A DNA stretch of 64,000 nucleotides from Octopus sinensis (taxonomy: Eukaryota): NCBI RefSeq assembly GCF_006345805.1, contig NC_042997.1, positions 207,390,001-207,454,000 on the forward strand, given 5' to 3'. A model generated the notes under the pieces. It was not told where the DNA came from, searched no databases, and worked only from the letters and a program-made list of their open reading frames with translations. Shown here piece by piece: positions 1-64,000 of the stretch. Numbering within the stretch: the stretch's first letter is position 1; each line of letters opens with the position of its first letter. The position numbers and the translations under genes were made by a program.

Positions 1-129
1 CAAGTCTTTGTTTAGGTTATTTTTCTTCCATATTTTATATGTATTTGTTGTTGTGTTTTTGTTCTTTGGGTAGAGCAATTCCTCTACCACCACCTCTTTT
101 GGCTCCACCTCTTCTTCTCCTTTTCCTCC

Positions 130-265
130 TCTGCCACCCCCACCCCACCCCCTCTTCTTCTTCTTCTTCTTCTTCTCTTCTTCTTCTTCTTCTTCTTCTT
201 CTCTTCTTCTTCTTCTTCTTCTTCTTCTCTTCTTCTTCTTCTTATTATTATTATTATTATTATCA
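130..265. repeat. Compound (TTC)n-(TAT)n microsatellite
   Basis: Read directly. Confidence 0.95.
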
Positions 266-362
266 TATCATAGATGTCGCCCAGTATACAATGTTATAAA
301 GTTGTTGATTGCAGACATTGTATATAATGTTTGTCAAGTGACAACAAGGACCTCAGACAGAC
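244..362 (-). mobile_element. 3' end of an R4/Dong-like LINE with an (AAT)n tail
   Basis: tcaagtgacaacaaggacctcagac nearly matches the 3' end of the R4-like relic at about 3719-3745; both run into (TAA)n. Confidence 0.5.
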
Positions 363-380
363 ACTAGGCAGAGGAAAAAC

Positions 381-418
<38 letters not shown>

Positions 419-619
419 TAAGCAAGAATGAGACATGCAAATCTTGTCGTAACAATTTCAACTTTGCAAGACTGACCAGAGAATTAAGTGAAGACATTTT
501 TATCGATGGAAATGAATTCAAGAGTGCAAAATGTAGCAGAAAAATGGTATTAAACATTCATAGAACTGGCCCCCAAAAAATTCATTTGTGGACAGTTCTA
601 TATGAAACAACTGGAGCCA

Positions 620-2900
620 AAAGTAGGAAAGTGGAGCAGGCAACACAGTAGCATATAGAGAAATGCTTAAAACCAGTTTGGAAAAGCAAAACTTATGTAG
701 CCAAGGGAAAGAAATATGGGACTGTCAAAGTGAGGTTCATCTCAAAGGAGGAAACCAAAAAATCACTCGGCAGCTACCCTAAAAACTGAGAAACTAATCA
801 TTATTCCCATCTATCTTGGTCGAAGAACTTTCAACATCCTACCAGACATAAACAGAACAGGGGATGCAGCTTCTAATACAGGCAGACGAGCAAAGTGTTT
901 TAGTCTACAGGATGGCACAAAGCTTTATGTGGCTATTGAGGGTAGGAAACCAAGATGTCAGTTGTGCAAGGATACAAACCATCCCAAAGCTTTCTGTTAA
1001 TAACAAACAAGAGATGTGAACTACCCCACAAAGCAACAAACAACAACAAAGTAAAACAAAAAAGCTAATGCATCACACATATATAACCATAGAAAGCTCA
1101 CACACACACACACCAACCTGATGTCACCGAGAAACAAGCCAGAGACACATATTGAAGTCATACAGACATCACGACCTACGTATAATACCATCAAAACAAA
1201 ATATCCTGAGGTGGGTTGGGTTGGGGGGCTTTCCAGAGAGTCATAAATTGAGACAAATATGTAAAGAACTGCTTGTGGAAACATCCACATATATCCATGG
1301 AGATGGAACATCCATCCCCTCCTCACCAACTAAGTCAATTCCTCGTTTCTATACTTTGATCTAACCCTACTCAGAGTCAGCAGTATAAATGGGAGTGACC
1401 TGGGGTTGCCTTGGCAACAAGGGCCATCTATGCAATGACCTCATGTCACTAAGTGTCAATGTAGTGGCCATCAGTAAAACCAGATTCTCTGACCAACTAA
1501 AGCTTTCATGTCCATTTTCGATGGATGCAAGGTATATTTATTTCAATTCCAATGAGGGATGGGTGGTGGAACAGTGGTGTTGATCCAGATACGCCCCAGG
1601 AGGGAAGTTGGTGATGCTGGACAATAGTGATGGGGGTCCCTTCAGACTGGTGACTGTTTATGCTCTGACAGGAACAGGACATCCAGTCTGCTTCAGACGT
1701 CCGGAGGCTTTCCTATGAGCACCCTGCCCTTTAGTGTTAGTGGGCGAATGAAGTACCATCATAGATCCATGTTTGGACTGTGTGGGGCTACAAGAGAGAA
1801 AAAGGGGTGGGGGTGGGGTAAAAGGCTTGCAAACCTGCTCAGACATTGCATCTGTCATATCATATCGCCTGACCATCATGCCCTGCCACAGTTCAAATCT
1901 GACCAAACTGGAGCAAATGCTCCCACTTTCTGTGAAAGGGACACATTCTACTTGTCAGGCACTCCATTTGCTGTCAATACCCACTGAATGTAGAGCTGGG
2001 TATGCCATGGCTGCTGATGCACAGATATGCACTGAGGCTGTGACATCTCCAGTGCTTCATAGATGGTGAACATGCGTGGTCACCATTTGCCAGACATGAT
2101 TTCCTACAGCTTGTCTCTTTTGAGCTGCAGCCCTGAATCAAGCACAGACCAAAGTAGGACATTTGGCACCTAGAGTGTCTTCAGGCACTCACAGTCCTCT
2201 GTCAGTTGGCCAATATAGTCAGGTGAAGTTCCATTCAGGTATTCTATAGAGGGTTAATGGCGAACAAGTGTGACAATATACTTGGGGAGATTTTGGTCTG
2301 TAGCAGAGGATTTTCGAGCTGGGGCCCATGGATAGCTTCCAGAAAACCTTGCCCTGACAGTGCTACTGAAGGGCATTGCCAGTTCAGTATAAACTCTACT
2401 GGCAAGGAAGTGCTGTCAGCTGGGCTTGCCTGAGGTGTGCACAAAGTGACAAATCTCTTCTGCACACTCTCATTCACTTCCCAACCATTCTTTCCTTCGT
2501 AAAGATCATCCCACTGCTTTCCTTTAACTGGGAAGGGCAGGCTGTGTTTCTTTGTCTGGTGCAAAAGAAGTTGTGTGGTGGACTAAGTTGAAAGGGCTTG
2601 AAGATTGAAATTTTCCTTTTCAGCCAAGCTCTCATCAATTTGTTCAAGTTTCACTTGGAAAGGAAAGTGAGGATAGAGAAGGAAGTACTGCATTCCAGTG
2701 ATTTTGTTAAGAAGTGAGTGAATGTAGGGCAAATGACCTGAGTGAATCAGCCTACACTACGGCTATGCCTTCTAGATCGAGGGTAGCTGAAGGGGAGAGG
2801 GCACTTACCTTAGCAGTCTAGGTGATCATAGTTTTTTTGTGGTGTTTTCATGAGCAACCATTGGAAGCCTCTCTCTTTTGGGGATTTATATTTTATAATT
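620..2900 (+). mobile_element. Degenerate Tx1/L1-like LINE (ORF1 zinc knuckle and APE endonuclease remnants)
   Basis: CQLCKDTNHPKAFC (C-x2-C-x4-H-x4-C) at about 956-997. 1389-1700 translates to an APE remnant (NDLMSLSVNVVAISKTR) homologous to 21426-22379. Confidence 0.75.
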
Positions 2901-3020
2901 TTTAGTGGTATCACTTTTATACCCAATCAAATAACATCCCTTTTGTGTTATATTGGTCTGTGCCATTCCCAAACCTTTATATTAACATTCAGTGTTGAAT
3001 AAAGCATGAATTATTATTAT

Positions 3021-3575
3021 TGAGAGAGCAGTGCATGCCATCAAATGACACCAAGGTAAAATAAATGAAGCCCAGTATATCCGTTATGACTACCCGTCTG
3101 ATTAGAGTACACCAGGTACATGTATCACAACCACATGTGTGCAACATGGTGATCTCATAACAAGATAAACAGTGCATGACCTTGCAGGTAGGGCCCAGTT
3201 AGAATTTTCTTCTGGTCGAGTAACCCATCCCACTCCAAAGGTCCCCGAATAAGGGTTGTTTAAGGATATTGAATGAAACACCCATGTTTCCAGACGTGAA
3301 TAATTCAAACCCCAAGGAATTCTTCTCAACACATGGCTATAATGCTCCCCCACTACTTCTACTCGTGATCAGAGATGCACATATCGTCAGCCCCTAAGGG
3401 ACATGCTCAAATGGTTAACGTCAAACAACTGACAAATAAATCTGTGATGTTGAGCAGAATATTTGCTGCAGCCCATCTTTTATACCAAAACAAAACACTG
3501 TACATGATAACACTTTCAATCAGTTAAGATCAGAAGCCATGAGAGCCACTGTCTGGTATTGCATTGGGGCAGTTT
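3021..3575 (-). mobile_element. Unclassified approx. 550-bp interspersed repeat flanked by (TAT)n
   Basis: Close copies at about 13835-14390, 49030-50030 (split by a solo LTR) and 50122-50680. Confidence 0.75.
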
Positions 3576-3579
3576 TAGC

Positions 3580-3663
<84 letters not shown>

Positions 3664-4000
3664 GTTATTCCTTCGTAACACAGTGTAGGTAAAAATGCAC
3701 TGGAGTCTTTAGTCATCAGTCAAGTCACAACAAGGACCTCAGACGGATAATACTTTCCTTAAGATGTGCGCTGTGCCCAGATAGGCTGCTTTTTGTAAGA
3801 CATCAATCTTGCAAGGGATTTCCAGTTGCCTTAAGAAGTTTTGAAGTTTCAATGGGATTGAACCCAGCATTCTGATCACCACTGGTATCACTTTCACGTT
3901 ACCCTCTCGCATTCCATACACTCTTGCCATTTCCACTTTCAGTTCGGAGTCCTTGGGGATATTTCCAACCACATTACTCACAACATTCATGTCATTTGGT
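3580..4000 (-). mobile_element. 5'-truncated R4/Dong-like LINE (restriction-like endonuclease C-terminus, 3' UTR, (AAT)n); duplicate at about 14395-14815
   Basis: KVIPVVIRMLGSIP...LQKAAYLGTAHILRKVL is the typical C-terminus of RLE-type LINE ORFs. Confidence 0.8.
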
Positions 4001-6243
4001 ATGGCTACATCAATGATCTGATAGCATTTATCTCTCTTATAACCAAGGGCAATGGAATCTTCCCACCAAATAGTCTGGTCAAATGGTTTTCAGAAACCAT
4101 GTTGGGCATTATTAAAACTGCATTTTTAAACAGAATGACCTCTGATACTTCACAGATGTTCTCACTTTTCTTTTTCTGCTTAGAACAACCTAAAGTGCTT
4201 CTCAAAGCTGTGTCAGTCAGTTTTGTGAGAAGACATTTTCATTTTTTTCTGTTTAAATATTTTCCCAGTAATTATGAACTGTCTTTGTATTAATATTGAG
4301 CAGATTATACAGTGAAAACTTGTGTTTATTTCCGTTCAGTATCATTTGAATGTTACTTCAGCAAATAGAAGAACATGTGGAAATATGTGGACGTGACTAA
4401 AAGGTCCACTCAGAACCATTTATAAGAATCCCAAGACCTCCTTTAAGGTCTATGAGAGAATAATGCCACATACATGGCTACGCATGTTATGATTGCCGAA
4501 GGAAAGTAATCTTTACTTCAATGGTAGCAGAAGGTGAAGTCTGTGCCTTGCCAAAAAGAGAACTTATATTTAAGAACTCTCACCACCCAGATGCTTCATT
4601 AAAACCCAAATTCCACTTTGCTGGCAGTTACTCCTCACTCAGAGATTTTGGACAAGTGGCATAACCAATGATGGAATCCTCCTTTCTAATTGTCTTTTGC
4701 AATTAGAGATGTGGCACTTGCTGTCAGAAACCCATTGCCCTACTTCCATACTGGCCACTCTGATGAGCACAGTGTTAGATGTTATCCTGTGCAAAACTGA
4801 TTTGTAAGAATGGCTGAAATGGATTTATAAAACTGTATAGTTTTGGTGGTAAATTACCTACTCTATAAACAAATGTACGAATGCCTTTTTTCCTAGTCGA
4901 TGGCATCTTACACTTATTTCTATAGCATCATCATCATTATTTAATGTCCGTCTTTGATCTGGCATGGGTTACACAGTTTAACAAGATCTGGTGATCTCTA
5001 GATCTGTGTTAGGTTCCACACTCAGCTGGCTGGCTGAGTGCGGCTGGCTGGCTGAGTGTGACTAGCTGACTGAGTGTGGATGGTTGGCTGCCCTTCATAA
5101 TGCCAGCCATTTTACAGTGAGGACTGGAAGCTGCTTTTCTCATGGCACCAGCACTGGTGAGGTCACCAAGTAACTTGCAAGACAAAGCAAAGAATCGAAA
5201 AGGATAAAAACTCCCCGATGGAACTGGGGGGAAGGGAGTTGGCTTGATGCCATGGGTAGAAAGCCTAAAGTTTGACAGAGGGTCAAGCACAGTTGTCTGG
5301 ATATAGACTAGGCTCATGGCGTCCTTATATTTATGCAAGGGTGCATGACAGTATCTGGAAAGGAGAAAGATGGTGGTAATTGGGTGCCAGAGCATAGTCC
5401 CAAGTTACAAGAAGGGGAGTATAAGGGAGACTGTGGATGAGGAAAGAAGGAATGGGAGGGTAATGGCATCAGAGTGTGAGATGAGAAGGGAAGAGGTTAG
5501 AGATGGGGCTAGAGGTGGATGTATGGAGTGAGGAACAATGGTTTGAGGTGGAGTTGATAGACTGACGGGGCTCGGTAAGGAGGAGGTGACAAGAAGCAGC
5601 ATAGGAAGGGTGGGGAGCAGCAGAACCATCAATCTGTTGATAGATGAGGAGGAAGGGAGATGATGACCAGGATCTGACAGCAGAGGGAAAGCAAAGATGA
5701 TGAAGTGTGAAAGAGATGGGAGTCAGAGATACATGGGTGTGGCTGTAGTGAGTGGAGCCAGAAAATTGGTAAGGGAGTTTTAGCAATGGCTGTGAGAGGG
5801 TGTTGAGAATGATTGCAGATAGGAGAAGTGTTAACCCTGAAGCCTGGCAGAGTAAGGTGTAGCTAAGAGGGATGGATGGGAAAGATTAGGGAAGGGACAG
5901 AAAGGGATGATCGATGGAAGGGTGTATGGACAGAGATGATGATGCAAGTGAGGCGACTGGTATTAACGAAAGGGTGGTGGTGGTGGTGGTGGTGGTGGTG
6001 ATGAATATGTGAAGATTCTGCTGTCAAATGGTTACAGCAGCAAAGTAGGACCGTAGTTAGAAGAGTAATGGAGGGATGGGTGTTAGGAAGATGAGATGTG
6101 GTGAAGGGGATGCTTCACGGGGACAGATGTGGGTGTAGAGCCCAGCATGGACAGGAATATATATAACAGTTTTGGGGCATGACTTTTGCTATGACGGATG
6201 TGTCTTTACATATCATTTTGTTCCACTTGGGCCTGGAGGGAAT

Positions 6244-6955
6244 CATCATTATCATCATCGTTTAACGTCCGTTTTCCATGCTGGCATGGGTTGGACGGTT
6301 TGACCGGGATCTGAGAAGCCAGAAGGCTGCACCAGGCTCCAATCTGATCTGGCAGTGTTTCTACAGCTGGATGCCCTTCCTAATGCCAACCACTCTGAGA
6401 GTGTAGTGGGTGCTTTTTATGTGCCACCGGTAGAGGGACCACAACTACAATTTCCATTTGATATTTATTTTGATGTTGATGTACTGGACTCAATAAGTTT
6501 CCTCAAGCACAGCAGGTCATGTGCCACCGGCACAGAAGCCAGTCAAGGCAGTGCTGGCATCGGCCACGTTCGGATGGTGATTTTTACGTTCCGCTGGCAC
6601 AGGTGTTGTAACTACAATTTCCATTTGATATTTGTTTTGATATTGATATTGATGTACTTGACTCAATAGGTCTCCTCAAGCACAGCAGGTCACTCTATGA
6701 GCAAAGGTAAGCACAGCAGGATGTTCTGCAATCCAAGGTACTTTGGATGGGCTGGGGCTATACGAAACTGGTGCAGGAAGCAGCCCGGGTCTTTGCAGTC
6801 ACAGCATATCTCCAGAGATCTCGGTCCTTCGTCATTGCCTCTGTGAGGCCCAGCGCTCGAAGGTCATACTTGACTACCTCATCCCATGTCTTCCTGGGTC
6901 TACCTCTACTCCAGATTCCTTCAACTGTTTGGGAGTGGTGGACGTTATATCATGA
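6244..6955 (-). mobile_element. 5'-truncated RTE LINE (last codons, repeat-containing 3' UTR, (GAT)n tail); duplicate at 17060-17770
   Basis: RGRPRKTWDEVVKYD and the 3' UTR match the long RTE at 34280-37750. Confidence 0.85.
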
Positions 6956-7046
6956 TTGGGGGTAATAATGATGTTGGTATGCATATGTGTGTGTGTGTGT
7001 GTATCTATACACACACACACCCACACTGATATTTGTTTATTTTCAG

Positions 7047-59773
<52,727 letters not shown>

Positions 59774-59819
59774 GACTTTTGTAACACTTTGAGCTGAGAT
59801 TGGTAATTCTAAAGCCATT

Positions 59820-60133
59820 CACATTTCTCTCACTAAAATTATTAAAACTAACACTCTTCAAATTTATAACACTAACAATATTTGAATTTGTAACACAAAA
59901 CTATTCTAATTATTCTTTTTTATATTCTTTTACTTGTTTCAGTCATTTGACTGTGGCCATACTGGAGCACCGCCTTTAGTAGGGCAAATCAAACCCAGGA
60001 ATTATTCTTTGTAAGCCTGGTACTTATTCTATTGTTCTCTTTTGCCAAACCGCTAGGTTACAGGGACGTAAACACACTAGCATCAGTTGTTAATCAATGT
60101 TGGGGGGATAAACACAGACACACAAACATATTC

Positions 60134-60166
<33 letters not shown>

Positions 60167-60168
60167 CA

Positions 60169-60201
<33 letters not shown>

Positions 60202-60830
60202 CCATATACATATAATGTTGGGCTTCTTTCAGTTTCCATCTACCAAATTCATGCACAAGGCTTTGGTTGGACCAAGGCTATAGTAGAAGACACTTGCCCA
60301 AGGTGCCACACAGTGGGACTGAACCCAGAATCACGTGGTTGGTAAGCAAGCAACTTACCACACAGCCACTCCAGCACCTATTCAAATTTGTAATACTAAA
60401 ACCGTTCAAGTTTCTAACATTAAAACCATTCATATTTGTAACAGGAAAATTATTCACATTTGTGACATTAAAACACTTAAGATTTGTAACATTAAAACTA
60501 TTGAAACTTGTATCACTACCACTATTCAAATGAGTAACACTAAAACTTCAAATTTGTAATACTTAAACCTATTTGAATTTTTAACGCTAACACTGTTCAC
60601 ATTTGTAACACTAAAACTATTCAAATTTGTAACAATATAACTATCCAGATTTGTAACACTAACAATATTTGAATTTGTAACACAAAAATTATTGAAATTT
60701 GTATCACTAACAGTATTCAAATTTGTAACACTAAAACTATTCAAATTTGTAACAATAACAATATTTGAATTTGTAACAGTAAAACTATTCAGATTTGTAA
60801 CAGGAAAATTCTTCAGATTTCTAATGCTAA
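59820..60830 (+). repeat. 24-nt minisatellite (consensus ATTTGTAACACTAAAACTATTCAA) in the probable 3' UTR, split by a SINE
   Basis: About 19 diverged units at 60381-60830 and a few more at about 59820-59910. Confidence 0.85.
59930..60380 (-). mobile_element. tRNA-derived SINE inserted antisense in the 3' UTR
   Basis: The minus-strand head has an A box (TGGCTGTGTGG) and B box (GGTTCAGTCCC). Internal (ACAT)n. The body (aagcctggtacttattctat) is shared with copies at about 31200, 37760 and 39345. Confidence 0.8.
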
Positions 60831-60892
60831 AACAATTGAATATATTTTGACATTTTCCTTTTTTTGTTACATTAAATGTAATTATTGCTTAC

Positions 60893-60898
60893 AATAAA
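60893..60898 (+). terminator. Probable polyadenylation signal of the PARP gene
   Basis: AATAAA about 1.1 kb after the stop, with a GT/T-rich tract at about 60929-60946. ATTAAA at 60871 and a second AATAAA at 60956. No transcript evidence. Confidence 0.5.
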
Positions 60899-62429
60899 AT
60901 GAAGGCTGCAAGTTCAAATCCAGTCAAAGTTTTGTTATTTTGTATTATATTTAAAAATAAAACAAGTTTAAACCAATTTTGAGACTGGGAAGAAACTGTC
61001 TGCTGATTTTGGAAATGTGATTCTTAGAAGACAAAAATTCCTTTACGCTCACCAAAACCCCATCCATATGATAAGGCAGAGCCCAACTGGTAAATATTAA
61101 ATGCCTGCTATCAGAGTAAATTGGTGGAAGAAATCACCAGACAATGGCCAACCTCCTGGTGGTATAATACTGAGGTATTATTGGGGGTTCGCCAGCCCTC
61201 AGTCAAAATCGTGCAACCCATGCTAGCATGGAAAGTGGACGTTAAACGATGATGATGATGATGATGAACACTGTTGTCATTACTTTCACCATTTTTCTTG
61301 GAATTCTCGAGTAATATCATGGAAAATGTAGGTTGATTCTCAAAGCATCATTTTGCAAAACCAGTACAGCTCCCATGTTGCAAAGTACAATATACACACA
61401 ACACACACACACACACACAAATAACACACACACAAACAACACACACAAATAACACACACACAAACAACACACACACACACGCGTCCCCACCCACTGCGAT
61501 TTAATGCATATGCAAGCTGAAATGATTGCCGTGCTAAATAGAGCTTACAATACATTAAGTCTTCCCTATGAAAGACTTAATGTATTGGTTGGCGTTAGGA
61601 AGGGCATCCAGCTGTAGAAACACTGCCAGATCAGATTGGAGCCTGGTGCAGTCTCCTGGCTTCCCAGACCCCATCTGAACCATCCAACCCATGCCAGTAT
61701 GGAAAACAGTCGTTAAATAATGATGATGATGATGATGTGTGTGTAATGAGGAAAGGTCCTTATTAATTAGGTATGTAGTAGTCCCTGAAAGAAAGCTATT
61801 ATTAAAGGCTTGACCGTCTTGAATTTTTTTATAAGTTCATGTTCCACGAAATTTCCTGTAATTTTGATTTCTGAAGTTTATTCAGTATTTGAACTATGAG
61901 TTCTTCACAAATTTAAATTTCATTCACTGCAGAGCAGATTTTTAAAATAATATCAATTCGTTGCATGCAACATTTTCAGTTTTCATTTGCAACAGTTTCT
62001 CACACTCTCTTGCCTCTATTTTCATTAATGATAATTTCATATTTACTTCAAGTTGTTGCAAAATCCACTTTATTCTATATATATATAGTGTAAAAAAAAT
62101 ATTTATTGAATGAATGAATGCTATTACACAATTTGATGTGTGTTTTTGATAAAATGAAATTTTTTTTCATATACCTGTATAATTTACAAAAAAAAAAATT
62201 AAGAAGTGGTTTTGTTGGTATGGCTGTATGGAAAGCTTACAATGGAATGCCTTACTATGTGATCGCTGCTATTTATTAGCACACTAAACGTATAAATTAC
62301 TAAAAGAAATATCTACTAAGCAAGAGAGATTTTTTTTATCAATTGAAGTTTTCAGGAAAATTTACAGTAAATATTTTGTAAAGGACCCATTTGTACTTCA
62401 ATGTGAAATAATATATTTTCCACAGGTTT

Positions 62430-64000
62430 TTTTAAGTGTATTTAATGTATCCGACCTCTAAACCCACTGCAAGACAACCAAGAGGAATTCCCATTCCTTG
62501 ACGTACTGGTTTAAAAAAATAAACAAAAAATAGAAAGGAGCATCTTTTACAAAAATATGGACAATAAACAATATCTATTATTTAGCTTGTTCTACCCAAG
62601 ACATTAAAACATGCATGACAGAGTGTTAGCGTCCTGAGAGAAATGTTGGGCATAAGAAGCATTGGCTGCAGCGTGCAGGAGAGACGATTGCGATGGTACG
62701 GTCATGTACTAAGGATGGACGAGGAGAGACGTGTGATGAAGTGCCACTCCCAAACTGTAGAGGTAGACCCAGGAAGATATGGGACGAGGTGGTCAAGCAT
62801 GACCTTCATACTTAGAACCTCACAGAGGCTGTGATGAAAGACCAAGTCCTCTGGAGATATGCTGTGACTTTGAAGACCCGACAAATGAAGTGAGTTCATG
62901 CTCGCAGGACAGCTTGCTGTGCTAACCTTGGATCGTAGAGGGACCCACTGTTCTTGAGGAGACTTGTTGAGTCAAGTTCGTTAAGACACCCATGCTGGTG
63001 ACACGTAAAAGCACTGTTCGAGCATGGCAGTTACTAGCGTTGCCTGACTGGCATCCATGTCGGTGACACGTAAAAGCACCAACCGATCATGGCCATTTGC
63101 CAGCCTGCTCTTGCCTCTGTGCTGGTGGCACGTAAAAAGCACCCACTACACTCACGGAGTGGTTGGCGTTAGGAAGGGCATCCAGCTGTAGAAACACTGC
63201 CAAATCAGACTGGAGCCTGGCGCAGCTTCCATGGCTTACCAGAGCCCAGTCGAACTGTCCAACCTATGCCAGCATGGGAAACAGATGTTAAACGATGATG
63301 ATGATGATGATGATTCCCTTCAACCCTGCAAGAAGGATTTGCACCATAGTGATGGAAAAACTACCAAAGAACTAAGACTGCAAGAGCTTAAAAATGTACA
63401 CTACTCAATTCTGCTCATAGGTGATGGGATTAAACATGTAAAATTGATTGACATAAAAACATTAAGAAAAGTCACACACAATAACACACCTACGCTGAAA
63501 ATACTAACCTATATATCCACATACCACCCCAGAAACAACAAAGCATTTAGCAAAATTGTCCAAAATCTCCCAATACTCCATAAGGGCCCCAAACTGAAGG
63601 AAATTCTGCATATACATAAGATCATTAAAAGCAATGAACAATTAAAGACATTAAAGACGATCCTACATTATTCTCAAGAATAACAGACAGAGGAGTAAAA
63701 AAAATGCAGAACATGTCTCAGTCTTTTGGAAGGATCAGAATTCCAGTTTAAACAAGGGCAAAAATAGAAAATTAAATCCAATTTCTATCGCACCTCCCAA
63801 AACCTTCTTTATGTCACCAGATGCTGGGGCTGCCATAAAAACTATACAGTTTCCACAGGGATGGCTCTTAGACATAGATGTACAGTCCACAGGCAATAGA
63901 TTTGTTCCCCACAATATCGCCAGATACATCTCAATGAACCCATTCATAGATGTGCAGAACAACTACAACCACAATTCTTTATCTTCCCATTATATCAGTG
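62430..64000 (+). mobile_element. Decayed Penelope-like element interrupted by an RTE 3' fragment (62625-63312)
   Basis: EFPFLDVLV...IFYKNMDNKQYLLFS at about 62480-62600. NLLYVTRCWGCHKNYTVSTG...LRHRCTVHRQ at about 63800-63900 is a GIY-YIG remnant. Confidence 0.75.

Noticed and set aside
39-299. ORFs of poly-Leu/Phe/Ser/Tyr, poly-Ile or YI repeats (also 3516, 27606, 39602, 39804, 44433-45003, 49622)
   Set aside because: They are translations of (TTC)n, (TAT)n and (TA)n microsatellites.
4755-4790. CTGATGA as a hammerhead core (duplicate near 15575)
   Set aside because: No downstream GAAA or compatible stems.
5009-6240. Minus-strand Ser/Pro/Leu-rich ORFs (128, 75 and 105 aa)
   Set aside because: They come from purine-rich low-complexity sequence, with overlapping frames and no domain motif. 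Probably a decayed repeat that I could not classify.
60267-60744. ORFs with an 8-aa periodicity (ICNTKTIQ-like)
   Set aside because: They follow from the 24-nt unit length. They lie after the PARP stop, are open on both strands, and have no splice or start context.
59820-60830. CRISPR-like array
   Set aside because: The units are head-to-tail with no unique spacers, there are no cas genes, and the context is eukaryotic.

Overview
AT-rich, repeat-dense animal genomic DNA. The SINE/LINE and microsatellite landscape suggests an octopus or other coleoid cephalopod; this is inference from repeat content only. The window holds the 3' part of one + strand spliced gene that the ORF track mostly misses: a macrodomain mono-ADP-ribosyltransferase of the PARP9/14/15 type. 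Eleven GT-AG exons (7047-59773) join into one open frame of about 625 codons: [linker-macro]-[linker-macro]-PARP catalytic domain with an H-Y-I triad. The 5' end lies upstream of the window. The two macrodomains come from a duplicated four-exon, 648-nt, phase 1-to-1 module. Over about 6.8 kb the two copies are about 99% identical in introns, yet the macrodomain exons differ at 43 of 456 nt (24 amino acids), and the ADP-ribose-binding loops are unchanged. This suggests concerted evolution with selection preserving divergent surfaces. The introns are filled with mobile elements: Tx1/L1-like, two RTE families (one with a PHD finger inside the RT), R4/Dong-like, CR1, Tc1/mariner, Helitron-like relics, a solo LTR with a 4-bp TSD and SINEs. 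They also contain a young, nearly intact Penelope-like element with tandem pLTRs, candidate minimal hammerhead ribozymes and a candidate 75-nt intron. All alignments and counts were done by eye and need computational confirmation.
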